Positions 9,184 through 19,761 of a stretch of 64,000 bases of DNA are shown piece by piece. The notes under the pieces were generated by a model. It was not told the DNA's origin. It made no database searches and worked only from the letters and a program-made list of their open reading frames with translations. The number at the start of each line of letters is the position of its first letter. Positions within the stretch are counted from its first letter, which is position 1. Made by a program: the position numbers and the translations under genes. This stretch comes from Hyphomicrobiales bacterium (GTDB lineage: Bacteria > Pseudomonadota > Alphaproteobacteria > Rhizobiales > JAJFHR01), in contig JAJFHS010000053.1 of the NCBI GenBank assembly GCA_021775475.1, forward strand, positions 172,271-236,270, read 5' to 3'.

Positions 9184-9403
9184 TCTTGCACCGCAAGGCT
9201 TATCCCCTCTCCCATTGATTTAATTGGTATTAACCCCACTCAAAGCTGCACCAGTTACTACAAATCTCTGGACAAATCGGTGGTCAAAAAGCCTGTAATC
9301 CGCACACTGCTTGAGCGTCGCTAAAAGCAATTACTTGAAACGCAATGAAAAACATGCAGATTTAAATTTTCCTAGGCCATTTTCCGTACAGGCACCCAAA
9401 ACA

Positions 9404-9790
9404 ATGACAAGACAACGCATTTCACAAGGTTCTCCGTTTGAGGAGAAAGTTGGTTATTCACGCGCTATTGTGGATGGCAGATGGGTGTTTGTGGCGGGCA
9501 CCACCGGGTTTGATTATGACACCATGGAAATCTCTGACGACGTTGCTGAGCAGGCCGAACAATGCCTGAAAAATATCTGCTGGGCGCTTGATCAAGCAGG
9601 CAGCTGCATCGATGATGTGGTCAGGGTGCATTACATAGTGCCTGATGCAGATGATTTCGAACCCTGCTGGCCCATATTAAAGAAATACTTCAAATCAGCC
9701 CGCCCCGCCGCCACCATGTTTCAGGCGGGCCTCGCCGACAGTCGCATGAAAATCGAAATCGAAGTAACGGCCCTGAAACAGCGAGATTAA
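9404..9790 (+). CDS. RidA/YjgF/RutC-family protein
   Basis: FEEKVGYSRAIVDGRWVFVAGTTG and the C-terminal MKIEIEV pattern fit the YjgF/L-PSP fold. Start moved from TTG 9311 to ATG 9404. Confidence 0.75.
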   Translation: MTRQRISQGSPFEEKVGYSRAIVDGRWVFVAGTTGFDYDTMEISDDVAEQAEQCLKNICWALDQAGSCIDDVVRVHYIVPDADDFEPCWPILKKYFKSARPAATMFQAGLADSRMKIEIEVTALKQRD

Positions 9791-9820
9791 AGCGCGTCGC
9801 ATTTAACCAAACCCTCCCAA

Positions 9821-9854
9821 TTCGTCATCCCGGGTCAAGCCCGGGGATGACGAA
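9821..9854. repeat. REP-like intergenic palindrome
   Basis: TTCGTCATCCCGGG-TCAAG-CCCGGGGATGACGAA, an imperfect stem of about 14 bp with one bulge. Same family as 62903 and 62991. Confidence 0.7.
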
Positions 9855-9900
9855 CATGAGGGATATGAATCCTAAAAAACAATAGGTCGGAAAAATCCCA

Positions 9901-10365
9901 TTACCCCAGAAGCTCTTTGATGATGCGGCCGGCTTTGCCGAAGTCCATTTGACCGGCGTATTTTGCCTTCAGCGCCGCCATGGTTCGGCCCATATCCTTG
10001 AGGCTACCAGCGCCAAGTTCAGTAACAATAGCCTGGCAGGCCTGGGCAACGTCTTCGTCGCTCAGCTGTTTGGGCATGAATTCCGAAATCACGTCAATTT
10101 CGTCCAACTCCTGCTGGGAAAGCTCCAGACGACCGGCTTCTTCATACGTTTGAGCCGATTCGCGGCGTTGCTTGATCATTTTCGCCAGAATTTCCAGAAT
10201 ATCACCATCATCAACCCCCTTATCGCCATTGTCGGCACGACCGGCAATTTCGCGGTCCTTGATTGCTGCACTTATTAAACGCAAGGTAGAAAGTCGCGTT
10301 TTCTGTTGCTCCTTAAGTGCTGTTTTCAAGGCGGCATTAATCTGATCGCGAAGATGATCACTCAT
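9901..10365 (-). CDS. GatB/YqeY domain-containing protein
   Basis: 154 aa. N-terminus LRDQINAALKTALKEQQKTRLSTLRLISAAIKDREI is typical of YqeY. Confidence 0.85.
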   Translation of the reverse strand: MSDHLRDQINAALKTALKEQQKTRLSTLRLISAAIKDREIAGRADNGDKGVDDGDILEILAKMIKQRRESAQTYEEAGRLELSQQELDEIDVISEFMPKQLSDEDVAQACQAIVTELGAGSLKDMGRTMAALKAKYAGQMDFGKAGRIIKELLG

Positions 10366-10485
10366 TTAGAAAATCCATTTACTGATATAAGGATCGGAAC
10401 CATAGCCTAAGTTGCCGGGGGAGTGCAAATCTTCTGTGTCAACTTAAACCGTTGATTTTAATATATAAAATAATTAAATTTTATA

Positions 10486-10514
10486 TTGACGCCTAATTGC
10501 CACTTCATTAATGT
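10486..10514 (+). promoter_or_regulatory. candidate carA promoter (TTGACG-N17-TAATGT)
   Basis: Hexamers and the 17-nt spacer were counted in sequence. An AT palindrome ATATAAAAT-N6-ATTTTATAT (10463-10486) abuts the -35. Confidence 0.4.
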
Positions 10515-10628
10515 CGGGAAAATTTGTACGATATTTATGTGCAACGCGGTAAGTCCCTGAATTCCATACGAATCTGCTAAAATCATGTATTGCCAACACA
10601 ATCCTTCACCCAAACCGGAGCTTCGATA

Positions 10629-11840
10629 ATGCCGCCGTCAGATGTTGCAACAATGGATAATAACCGGCAAACCTCAGGCTGGTCCGCCCGCACCATAACC
10701 GCCGTTCTGGTGCTGGAAGATGGCACCGTCATTGAAGGACAGGGCTTGGGAGCGACCGGCAATGCGGTAGGCGAGGTTTGTTTTAACACCGCCATGACCG
10801 GTTATCAGGAAGTTCTCACCGATCCTTCCTATGCTGGCCAGATCATCACTTTCACCTTCCCCCATGTGGGCAATATCGGCACCAATGACGACGACATTGA
10901 AACCTCCAGCCCGGCGGCTGCCTCAGGCGTTCGCGGCGCTGTCCTGCGTGCGCGAGTTACCGCGGCGTCCAATTATCGCTCTGATAAGACCTTGGAAAAA
11001 TGGCTTGAACACCGCAACATCATTGCCATTTGCGGTGTTGATACCCGCGCCCTGACCGCGCATATCCGCAAAAGCGGCTACATTAATGCAGTCATTGCCC
11101 ACGCAAAAGACGGCATATTTGATCTCGATGCCCTCAAACAAAAAGCCAAAGACTGGGCCGGGCTTGAAGGCATGGACATGGTGCCGGATGTCAGCACAAC
11201 GCAGCAATTCACCTCAACCCAGACCAACTGGCAATGGGACGAGGGTTTCGGCCATCTGGACAATCCGAAATATCACGTTGTCGCAGTAGACTACGGCCTC
11301 AAGCGCACGATTTTACGCTGCCTCGCCAATGTCGGCTGTAAAGTCACGGTCGTTCCGGCAAACACAAGTGCCGAAGACGTGCTGGCGCACCAGCCCGATG
11401 GCATTTTCCTCGCCAACGGCCCCAGTGACCCTGAAGCCACCGGCGTCTACACTGTGCCTGAAATCAAAAAAATGATTGCCAGCAATATTCCCATTTTCGG
11501 CATCTGCCTCGGCCATCAAATGCTGGCGCTGGCACTGGGTGCTACCACAAAAAAGATGCACCAGGGCCACCACGGTGCCAACCACCCGGTCAAAGACCAC
11601 ACCACCGGCAAGGTAGAAATCACCTCAATGAACCACGGCTTTGCGGTTGACAGCGACAGCCTGCCAGCAGGCGTCACAGAAACCCATATCTCCCTTTTTG
11701 ATGGCACCAACTGCGGCCTGTCAGTAGATGGAAAGCCAATCTTCTCCGTACAATATCACCCCGAAGCCTCCCCCGGCCCCCAGGACAGCCACTATTTGTT
11801 TGAACGTTTCGCCAAGCTGATGGCTGACGCTAAAAGCTGA
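10629..11840 (+). CDS. carA: carbamoyl-phosphate synthase small (glutaminase) subunit
   Basis: N-terminal CPSase small-chain domain (AVLVLEDGTVIEGQGLGATG). GATase active site GICLGHQ. C-terminal HPEASPGP. Start ambiguous (TTG 10590, ATG 10629 or ATG 10653). Confidence 0.93.
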   Translation: MPPSDVATMDNNRQTSGWSARTITAVLVLEDGTVIEGQGLGATGNAVGEVCFNTAMTGYQEVLTDPSYAGQIITFTFPHVGNIGTNDDDIETSSPAAASGVRGAVLRARVTAASNYRSDKTLEKWLEHRNIIAICGVDTRALTAHIRKSGYINAVIAHAKDGIFDLDALKQKAKDWAGLEGMDMVPDVSTTQQFTSTQTNWQWDEGFGHLDNPKYHVVAVDYGLKRTILRCLANVGCKVTVVPANTSAEDVLAHQPDGIFLANGPSDPEATGVYTVPEIKKMIASNIPIFGICLGHQMLALALGATTKKMHQGHHGANHPVKDHTTGKVEITSMNHGFAVDSDSLPAGVTETHISLFDGTNCGLSVDGKPIFSVQYHPEASPGPQDSHYLFERFAKLMADAKS

Positions 11841-12181
11841 ATAATCCCCAATCGTTTCTTGATTTACAACCCTGCATGTCGGCCAGCTTGTCTTATATAG
11901 AAGCGCTGTTGCACACAGATCGAAGAACTGATACATAACCCGATCATTGGTCGAAAAACCTATGATACCAATTATTTCCATCGGTTGAAGATGTACCCAC
12001 GGGTAGTTTTTCTTAATAAACGGTGGGTGTGGCAGTTTTGCTGGAGTTATAGTGACACCCGTTTAACCGCCCAATCCTCAATTCCAGATAACCGGATTTC
12101 AAATACGTGACCAGGGCGACCCTTGCAGCATTTGCTGAACGACTTTCCAGTGCCGAATGGCGCAACTCTAACCAGATAAAA

Positions 12182-13717
12182 ATGACGCCGGGGCGGATTA
12201 AAACCGAATTGCTCTCGGGCCTCACCGTGGCTTTGGCTTTGGTGCCTGAAGCTGTTGCCTTTTCCTTTGTCGCTGGCGTTCATCCACTCGTTGGCCTTTA
12301 CGCAGCTTTTATTGTGGGGTTGATTACCGCTGTTATTGGCGGTCGCCCGGCGATGATTTCCGGTGCTACCGGCGCGCTTGCCGTGGTCATGGTTGCTCTG
12401 GTTGGCACCCATGGCGTTCAGTATCTCTTTGCCACCGTGGTTTTAATGGGGATTATGCAGGTGCTGGCGGGGGTTTTCCATCTGGGAAAGTTTATCCGTC
12501 TGGTGCCGCACCCGGTAATGCTGGGTTTTGTCAACGGTTTGGCAATTGTTATCTTTTTAGCCCAATTGACCCAGTTTCAGGTCGCCGGGCCTGAGGATAC
12601 CAAAGTCTGGATGACCGGCCTGCCGCTGGCAACGATGCTGGCTCTGGTGGCGGCCACCATGGCCATCATCTGGCTGATGCCCAAATTGACCACCGCCATC
12701 CCCGCCCCGCTCGCCGGTATCGGCATCATCGCCGGCGTTGTAATCTATTTTGGCATTGATGTGCCCCGCGTGGGCGATCTGGCCTCTATTCAGGGTGGAT
12801 TGCCGCAGTTCAGCATTCCCAGCGTGCCGCTTAATCTGGAAACCTTGAAAATCATTTTCCCCTATGCGTTGGTGCTGGCGGCCATTGGCCTGATCGAAAG
12901 CCTGTTGACCCTCAATCTGGTGGGCGAAATTACCGGCAAACGCGGCGGTGCCAGCCAGGAGTGTATCGCGCAGGGACTGGCCAATACGGTTACCGGTTTT
13001 TTCGGTGGCATGGGCGGGTGTGCGATGATCGGTCAATCGATGATCAATGTTAAATCCGGCGGGCGCACACGCCTTTCGGGTATCTCAGCCGCCCTGTTCC
13101 TGCTCGCTTTTATTCTGGTGGCATCGTCAATGATTGAACAAATACCTCTGGCAGCTCTGGTCGGTGTTATGTTCATGGTGGTGATCGGCACATTCGCATG
13201 GCAAAGCTTGAGAATTTTACGCAAAATTCCCCTGACCGATGCACTTGTCATGTTTCTGGTCACTGTGGTCACAGTAATGAGTGATCTGGCTATTGCCGTT
13301 GTCGTCGGCGTTATTGTTTCAGCTCTGGCCTACGCCTGGAGTAATGCCACGCGCATTCATGCCTATACCGAGACAACAGAGGAAGGCGCCAAAATCTATC
13401 AAATAGAAGGACCGTTGTTTTTTGGTTCGGTCGATGGATTTACAGAGATTTTTGATCCCGCCAAAGATCCCAATGTTGTCATCGTTGACTTTCTCAACAG
13501 CCGCGTCGTCGATCAATCCGCCCTTCAGGCAATCGAAGCGCTGGCGGTTAAATATCAGGCGCTTGATAAAACTCTGCAACTGCGCCATCTGTCGCACGAT
13601 TGCCACAAGCTCCTGAACCGCGCCGGACAACTGATGGTCGAAACCGACGACGATCCGATTTACGGCGTCGCAGTAGATTACTCCATCAAAACCGGCATCC
13701 TCGGCGGCGGACATTAA
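12182..13717 (+). CDS. SulP-family anion permease with C-terminal STAS domain
   Basis: N-terminus ELLSGLTVALALVPEAVAFSF, multiple TM segments, and a STAS-like C-terminus (YQIEGPLFFGS ... VVIVDF). Start could be GTG 12107 or ATG 12182. Confidence 0.85.
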   Translation: MTPGRIKTELLSGLTVALALVPEAVAFSFVAGVHPLVGLYAAFIVGLITAVIGGRPAMISGATGALAVVMVALVGTHGVQYLFATVVLMGIMQVLAGVFHLGKFIRLVPHPVMLGFVNGLAIVIFLAQLTQFQVAGPEDTKVWMTGLPLATMLALVAATMAIIWLMPKLTTAIPAPLAGIGIIAGVVIYFGIDVPRVGDLASIQGGLPQFSIPSVPLNLETLKIIFPYALVLAAIGLIESLLTLNLVGEITGKRGGASQECIAQGLANTVTGFFGGMGGCAMIGQSMINVKSGGRTRLSGISAALFLLAFILVASSMIEQIPLAALVGVMFMVVIGTFAWQSLRILRKIPLTDALVMFLVTVVTVMSDLAIAVVVGVIVSALAYAWSNATRIHAYTETTEEGAKIYQIEGPLFFGSVDGFTEIFDPAKDPNVVIVDFLNSRVVDQSALQAIEALAVKYQALDKTLQLRHLSHDCHKLLNRAGQLMVETDDDPIYGVAVDYSIKTGILGGGH

Positions 13718-13841
13718 AGGACCCACCGCCGGAAGGGGTTTAGGGAGTGACCAAAGAGATCAGGTACACTTGATAGGTGTCAGTTCACTAAATACACTAA
13801 ATTATCAAACCGCAACAAGTAACGCGACAAAATCGCGCGCC

Positions 13842-15086
<1,245 letters not shown>

Positions 15087-15273
15087 TTAACTACGCCGCG
15101 ACGCAGCCAAGATCAAGATTGTTGATAAAATTTCATGAAAAAATTTCGTGAAACAATCGTTCCATAATTCAACACAAAATTACCCTGAACTTGATGTCAC
15201 GAGATTGAAGTGATTATATACTAATGGCTAAGAAAGAGCATCTATCCAAAAATAAAAAAATTAGGAGGAAACC

Positions 15274-16185
15274 ATGATACGCAAAACTCTTTTACTTACA
15301 TTTACTGCCTTAATGTTGTTTATCGGCTTTAACCCAACGGTATCGGCTGCGGAGGTTTCCAAAGCCCGCATTGACCAGATACTGGCCATGAGCCCAACAC
15401 AAATGGCCAAAACCGGTGCATGGACAACTTCTGCCTACAATAATCTCATGGGCTATCTCAATTCAATTGGGGATGTTGAAATTCGCAACCTGGTTCTCGA
15501 CATGGCCAAAAATCCAAGATCAACGGTGTTCAATGCTACCGCTGGTCCCGACGCCCTGCGCACAACACCGGCAACCGGTGGTCCCGGCCATCACCAGTAT
15601 CCCGGCGGTCTGGCCGTGCATCAGCTCGAAGTTATCGAGCTTTCAATGGGCTGGAAAAACACAATGGAGCGCGTACAAGGTGTTCGCGGCGCTGATCGCG
15701 ACCTGATTATCGCACAATCCTTCCTGCATGACTGGAGCAAGGTCTGGTATACGATGGATGCGGCCACTGGCAAGGTTAAGAAGCCCGACTGGTTCCCCAA
15801 ATCCTGGGGTGGCAAAGACGGTGTCGCCAAGTGGGGCTGGATGGGTGAACACGGTCTGGTAATTTACGCCGAACTGCTCAAGCGCAAAGCACCTGAGAAG
15901 TTACTGTTTGGCACAGCTGCTGCGCATTTCGATCCGCAATGGGATCTCGACATCACCGACAAGAATGGAAAAAAGCAGGGCCTGAACGCAGCATTGGCGG
16001 AAGCCGCAAAACTCGCCGGAACTGAAGCACCTGTGTTGACACGCGATAAGCTGCGCGCCGAATGGTTCTATGCAACTTATACCGATGGCAGTTGGTCATT
16101 AATCAGCGTACATATGCCCCCTAGAGCCTGTTGCACCCGCACAATTTGGCCACAAAATAACCCGCAACCCGGCACACAATGGTAA
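15274..16185 (+). CDS. exported HD-domain-like hydrolase (hypothetical)
   Basis: Strong SD (AGGAGGA). Sec signal peptide MIRKTLLLTFTALMLFIGFNPTVSA-AE. HD-like pattern GGLAVHQLEV ... FLHDWSKV. Confidence 0.5.
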   Translation: MIRKTLLLTFTALMLFIGFNPTVSAAEVSKARIDQILAMSPTQMAKTGAWTTSAYNNLMGYLNSIGDVEIRNLVLDMAKNPRSTVFNATAGPDALRTTPATGGPGHHQYPGGLAVHQLEVIELSMGWKNTMERVQGVRGADRDLIIAQSFLHDWSKVWYTMDAATGKVKKPDWFPKSWGGKDGVAKWGWMGEHGLVIYAELLKRKAPEKLLFGTAAAHFDPQWDLDITDKNGKKQGLNAALAEAAKLAGTEAPVLTRDKLRAEWFYATYTDGSWSLISVHMPPRACCTRTIWPQNNPQPGTQW

Positions 16186-16264
16186 AATTGATGCCTGATT
16201 GATGCTGTTTCCTTGATGCTGATAGAAACAGCTGTCGCACAGCTAGTCGCGGGGAACAATCATT

Positions 16265-18589
16265 ATGCTGATCAGAAATTCCGATGCCACACCTGGCTTT
16301 CAACATTCGCTTTCGTCTTCTCCACATACCATCTTTAAAGAAATTATCCTGATCTTTATTGCCCTGTCGGTGTTCACGCTCGCAGGCCTCGCGGCCGCTG
16401 TGGCCCAACCGCGACTGGTTGGCCTTGGCGACATTCGCTCAGGTGGCCTGTTGCTCAACTCAAAAACTCCCGGCAAATATGTCGAAGCGCCCCGGCTACA
16501 AACGGATATCAATGTAAAGATCACCGGGCTGATCTCCCGCACCGTCATAACCCAGCGTTTTGAAAACCCTTCAAGCGGCTGGGTCGAGGGGATTTATGTT
16601 TTTCCCATGCCTGAAGATGCCGCAGTCGATACCCTGAAAATGCAAATTGGCGATCGTTTCATTGAAGGCCTGATCAAGGAACGCAAAGAAGCCAAAAGAA
16701 TTTATGAAGAGGCCAAAGCCCAGGGTAAAAAAGCCAGCCTGATAGAGCAGGAACGGCCCAATATGTTCACCAATTCAATCGCCAATATCGGCCCCGGCGA
16801 AATCGTCATTGTACAAATTGAATACCAGGAAACCGTAGCTCAGAACAAAGGCGTTTTTTCCCTACGTGTGCCTTTGGTTGCCGCACCGCGCTATTTGCCC
16901 GATCCGGTAGTGCTTTCGGTCAAATTCGATTCCGACACCGGCCTCGGCCAGGTGGGGGTTTCCGATCCGGTGGCAGATCGCAGCCGCATCACACCACCAA
17001 TTGCTCGCGCGGATGAAAATGTCAAAAATCCGGTATCGCTTAGCGTCATGCTGGACGCAGGCTTTCCCTTTTCCAACCTCGTCAGCGCTTCTCATAAAAT
17101 AGCCGTTAAAACCAAAAGCGATACATCAGCAATCATCGCTTTGGCCAAAGGCGAGGTTCCGGCAAACAAGGATCTCACTTTTTCCTGGCAGGCCGCACCG
17201 GGACAGGCACCAACAGCGGCTTTGTTTCGCGAAAAAGTTGGTGATGATGACTTTCTGCTGGCGATAGTTACACCGCCACGACCTGCGATCGACAGCACAG
17301 TAACAGCGGTCAAAATCCCCCGAGAAATCATATTTGTTATCGACAATTCAGGCTCCATGGCCGGTCCTTCAATTCGTCAGGCACGTCAGGCCCTGTTGCG
17401 TGCGCTTGATCGCTTGAAAATCGATGACAGGTTCAACATCATTCGATTTGACGACACCATGGAGGAATTGTTTCCACAGACCGTGGCTGGGGATAAAGAA
17501 AACCTCAATACCGCAAAACGTTTCGTCCGCAATCTGACGGCTGATGGCGGCACCGAAATGCTTGCAGCCCTCAAAGCCTCCCTCATCGATACCAGCCCAA
17601 CGGATACGTCGAGCTTGCGTCAAGTAGTGTTTTTGACTGACGGGGCGATTGGTAACGAAACTCAGTTGTTTGAGGAAATTGTCAAAAACCGGGGACGGTC
17701 ACGCATTTTCACGGTCGGTATAGGTTCCGCCCCCAACAGCTTTTTCATGACCCGCGCCGCCGAATACGGCCGTGGCACCTTCACCCATATCGGTTCTGTT
17801 AAAGCGGTTGCCAAAGGCATGACAGAACTGTTCGAAAAACTTGAAAATCCGATAATGACCGATCTTGCAGCGAGTTGGGAAGGCACCGGGGCAACCGATG
17901 TATCGCCGGAAACCCTGCCCGATCTTTATGCCGGAGAGCCGGTGGTAATAGCCGCCAAGATGAAAAAAAACGGCGGCGCGCTTGTTCTCAGCGGCAATCT
18001 TGCCGGACAACCCTGGCTTATCAATCTGCCGCTGGACAAAGCGGCAAGTGGCGAAGGTATTGGCAAATTATGGGCGCGTCGCAAAATTCGCGAATATGAA
18101 GGCCAGCGTTACATTTCCGAGGATTGGAAAAAACTCGATGGGCTGATCCTGAAAACCGCACTGGCGCATCATCTGGTCAGCCGACTGACCAGCCTGGTCG
18201 CTGTCGATCTGACGCCTACGCGAGCGCAAGGCGACAAGCTTGCCAGCCGCAAATTGCCGCTGGAATTACCGCAAGGCTGGAATTTCAACAAGGTGTTCGG
18301 TGAAACCACACCTTTATTGCAAAAAGCATCCTTGCAACAAAACGATCCCGCCCGCACCGCCCGGTTTGCACAGCTGTTATCGTCCAAATCAGGCCGCAAC
18401 AAAGCTGCCAAATCGCGATCAAAAGGCATAGCCCTGCCCGCAGGCGCCACCCTGGCCGATCGGAAAATCATCATGGGGTTGCTGATATTGTTTCTGGCTT
18501 TTTCAGGCCTGCTGGTTACCTTCTTCTGGCGACATCTGAGCCGGTCGTATACCCGGACAAAAATCTCGAGGCCGTCTTATGACCACTAA
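16265..18589 (+). CDS. proteobacterial sortase target protein (VIT + vWA domains, C-terminal sorting signal)
   Basis: N-terminal signal/TM. VIT-like region (ISRTVITQRFENP...). vWA MIDAS motif (IFVIDNSGSM). C-terminus ALPAGAT + hydrophobic helix (IIMGLLILFLAFSGLLVTFFW) + basic tail. Overlaps the sortase gene by 11 nt. Confidence 0.85.
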   Translation: MLIRNSDATPGFQHSLSSSPHTIFKEIILIFIALSVFTLAGLAAAVAQPRLVGLGDIRSGGLLLNSKTPGKYVEAPRLQTDINVKITGLISRTVITQRFENPSSGWVEGIYVFPMPEDAAVDTLKMQIGDRFIEGLIKERKEAKRIYEEAKAQGKKASLIEQERPNMFTNSIANIGPGEIVIVQIEYQETVAQNKGVFSLRVPLVAAPRYLPDPVVLSVKFDSDTGLGQVGVSDPVADRSRITPPIARADENVKNPVSLSVMLDAGFPFSNLVSASHKIAVKTKSDTSAIIALAKGEVPANKDLTFSWQAAPGQAPTAALFREKVGDDDFLLAIVTPPRPAIDSTVTAVKIPREIIFVIDNSGSMAGPSIRQARQALLRALDRLKIDDRFNIIRFDDTMEELFPQTVAGDKENLNTAKRFVRNLTADGGTEMLAALKASLIDTSPTDTSSLRQVVFLTDGAIGNETQLFEEIVKNRGRSRIFTVGIGSAPNSFFMTRAAEYGRGTFTHIGSVKAVAKGMTELFEKLENPIMTDLAASWEGTGATDVSPETLPDLYAGEPVVIAAKMKKNGGALVLSGNLAGQPWLINLPLDKAASGEGIGKLWARRKIREYEGQRYISEDWKKLDGLILKTALAHHLVSRLTSLVAVDLTPTRAQGDKLASRKLPLELPQGWNFNKVFGETTPLLQKASLQQNDPARTARFAQLLSSKSGRNKAAKSRSKGIALPAGATLADRKIIMGLLILFLAFSGLLVTFFWRHLSRSYTRTKISRPSYDH

Positions 18590-19247
18590 AAATAAATCTT
18601 TGATCCAGCGGTTGCAGCAGACGTCGATACCTCAACGCCTTGTCGCCGTGATTTTGATTGCCACAGCCATTACAGGCTTCAGCCTTGTCGGCCAGGGGCT
18701 TTATATAAAAGCTAAAGCGGTTCTCGCTCAGGTTTTGCTGGAACGCGCCTGGAGCCGGGCTCTGGCCGGTGAGGATGCTGCCAAGGCATGGCCGTGGGCC
18801 GACACCTGGCCGGTGGCCAAAATAAGCCTGCCACGCATCAAACAAAAAGCCATTGTCCTCAATAATGCCAGTGGTGAAGCCATGGCATTTGGCCCGGGTC
18901 TGGTAGCGGGCACTCCGCTTCCAGGCCGTCCCGGCACCAGCGTTATTTCCGGCCACCGCGATACTCATTTTGAGTTCTTAAGAAACGTCAGACAGGGTGA
19001 CACCATAGAAGTAATGACCCGGACTGACAAACGCATCACTTACAAGGTCGATTACATGGAAGTCGTTGACGCTTCAGCTTCAGGCATTGAACCCAACGCT
19101 CCAGGTGAAAAACTGGCCCTGGTAACCTGCTGGCCGTTTGATGACAAAAACCCCGGCCCCTTGCGTTATGTAGTCTATGCCTCACCTTACAAAATCGCAT
19201 CCGGGCAACCAGTCATCAAGCCCGGGCTGATATCTTTTGCCCGCTAA
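18579..19247 (+). CDS. sortase, Gram-negative (class GN / marine proteobacterial type)
   Basis: N-terminal TM anchor. Conserved sortase His region (VISGHRDTHF) and catalytic Cys region (LALVTCWPF). Adjacent to its single predicted substrate. Confidence 0.85.
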   Translation: MTTKNKSLIQRLQQTSIPQRLVAVILIATAITGFSLVGQGLYIKAKAVLAQVLLERAWSRALAGEDAAKAWPWADTWPVAKISLPRIKQKAIVLNNASGEAMAFGPGLVAGTPLPGRPGTSVISGHRDTHFEFLRNVRQGDTIEVMTRTDKRITYKVDYMEVVDASASGIEPNAPGEKLALVTCWPFDDKNPGPLRYVVYASPYKIASGQPVIKPGLISFAR

Positions 19248-19274
19248 ACTGCATGCGCTCGAACGGATCACGCC

Positions 19275-19652
19275 CTACTTGTCGTTGATGGCATATTTTC
19301 CCGGGCCAACAGCAAACAGCATCAACATGCCACCGGCGATAGAGAGGTTTTTCAGAAACTGAATTTTCTGGGCCATATCGCCAAAATCCAGATGGAACAA
19401 CAACGCTGTCAGTACGGAAAAACCCGCCAGTGCCAACGCCGTCCAGCGCGAGAAAAACCCAACGGCTATCAGTAAGCCACCCCCCAATTCAGCCACAATC
19501 ACCAACGGTAGCAAAACACCGGGAATCCCATATGATTCCATGTAGCCGACAGTGCCATCATAACCACCTATTTTCCCGTATCCCATAATCACGAACATCA
19601 GGGCCAGTAAAACACGTCCTGCCAGTAGTGAAGGGTCTTTGAGATTTTCCAT
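19275..19652 (-). CDS. DoxX-family membrane protein
   Basis: LLAGRVLLALMFVIMGYGKIGG is a typical DoxX N-terminus. 4 TM segments. Start moved to ATG 19652, preceded by a GGAGGA SD. Confidence 0.8.
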   Translation of the reverse strand: MENLKDPSLLAGRVLLALMFVIMGYGKIGGYDGTVGYMESYGIPGVLLPLVIVAELGGGLLIAVGFFSRWTALALAGFSVLTALLFHLDFGDMAQKIQFLKNLSIAGGMLMLFAVGPGKYAINDK

Positions 19653-19761
19653 AAATGCATCCTCCCGTTGATTTAATTCCCGGGCGTGATACTGGCATGA
19701 ACTGTGTTTTTTTTCCAGTTGGTTGTGTTTGAAGTCGGGTTTGGTCGTTTTTCCATTGTCA

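Noticed and set aside
12018-12064. Bulged hairpin (GGGTGT…ACACCC plus AAAC/GTTT) in the sulP leader, considered as a possible riboswitch
   Set aside because: It bears no resemblance to any riboswitch class I can recall. A single imperfect hairpin without conserved loops is insufficient evidence.
12557-13036. 159-aa minus-strand ORF, and the ORF at 13319-13726
   Set aside because: Both lie inside the SulP permease gene on the opposite strand. Gly/His/Gln-rich translations are typical of antisense membrane-protein codons.
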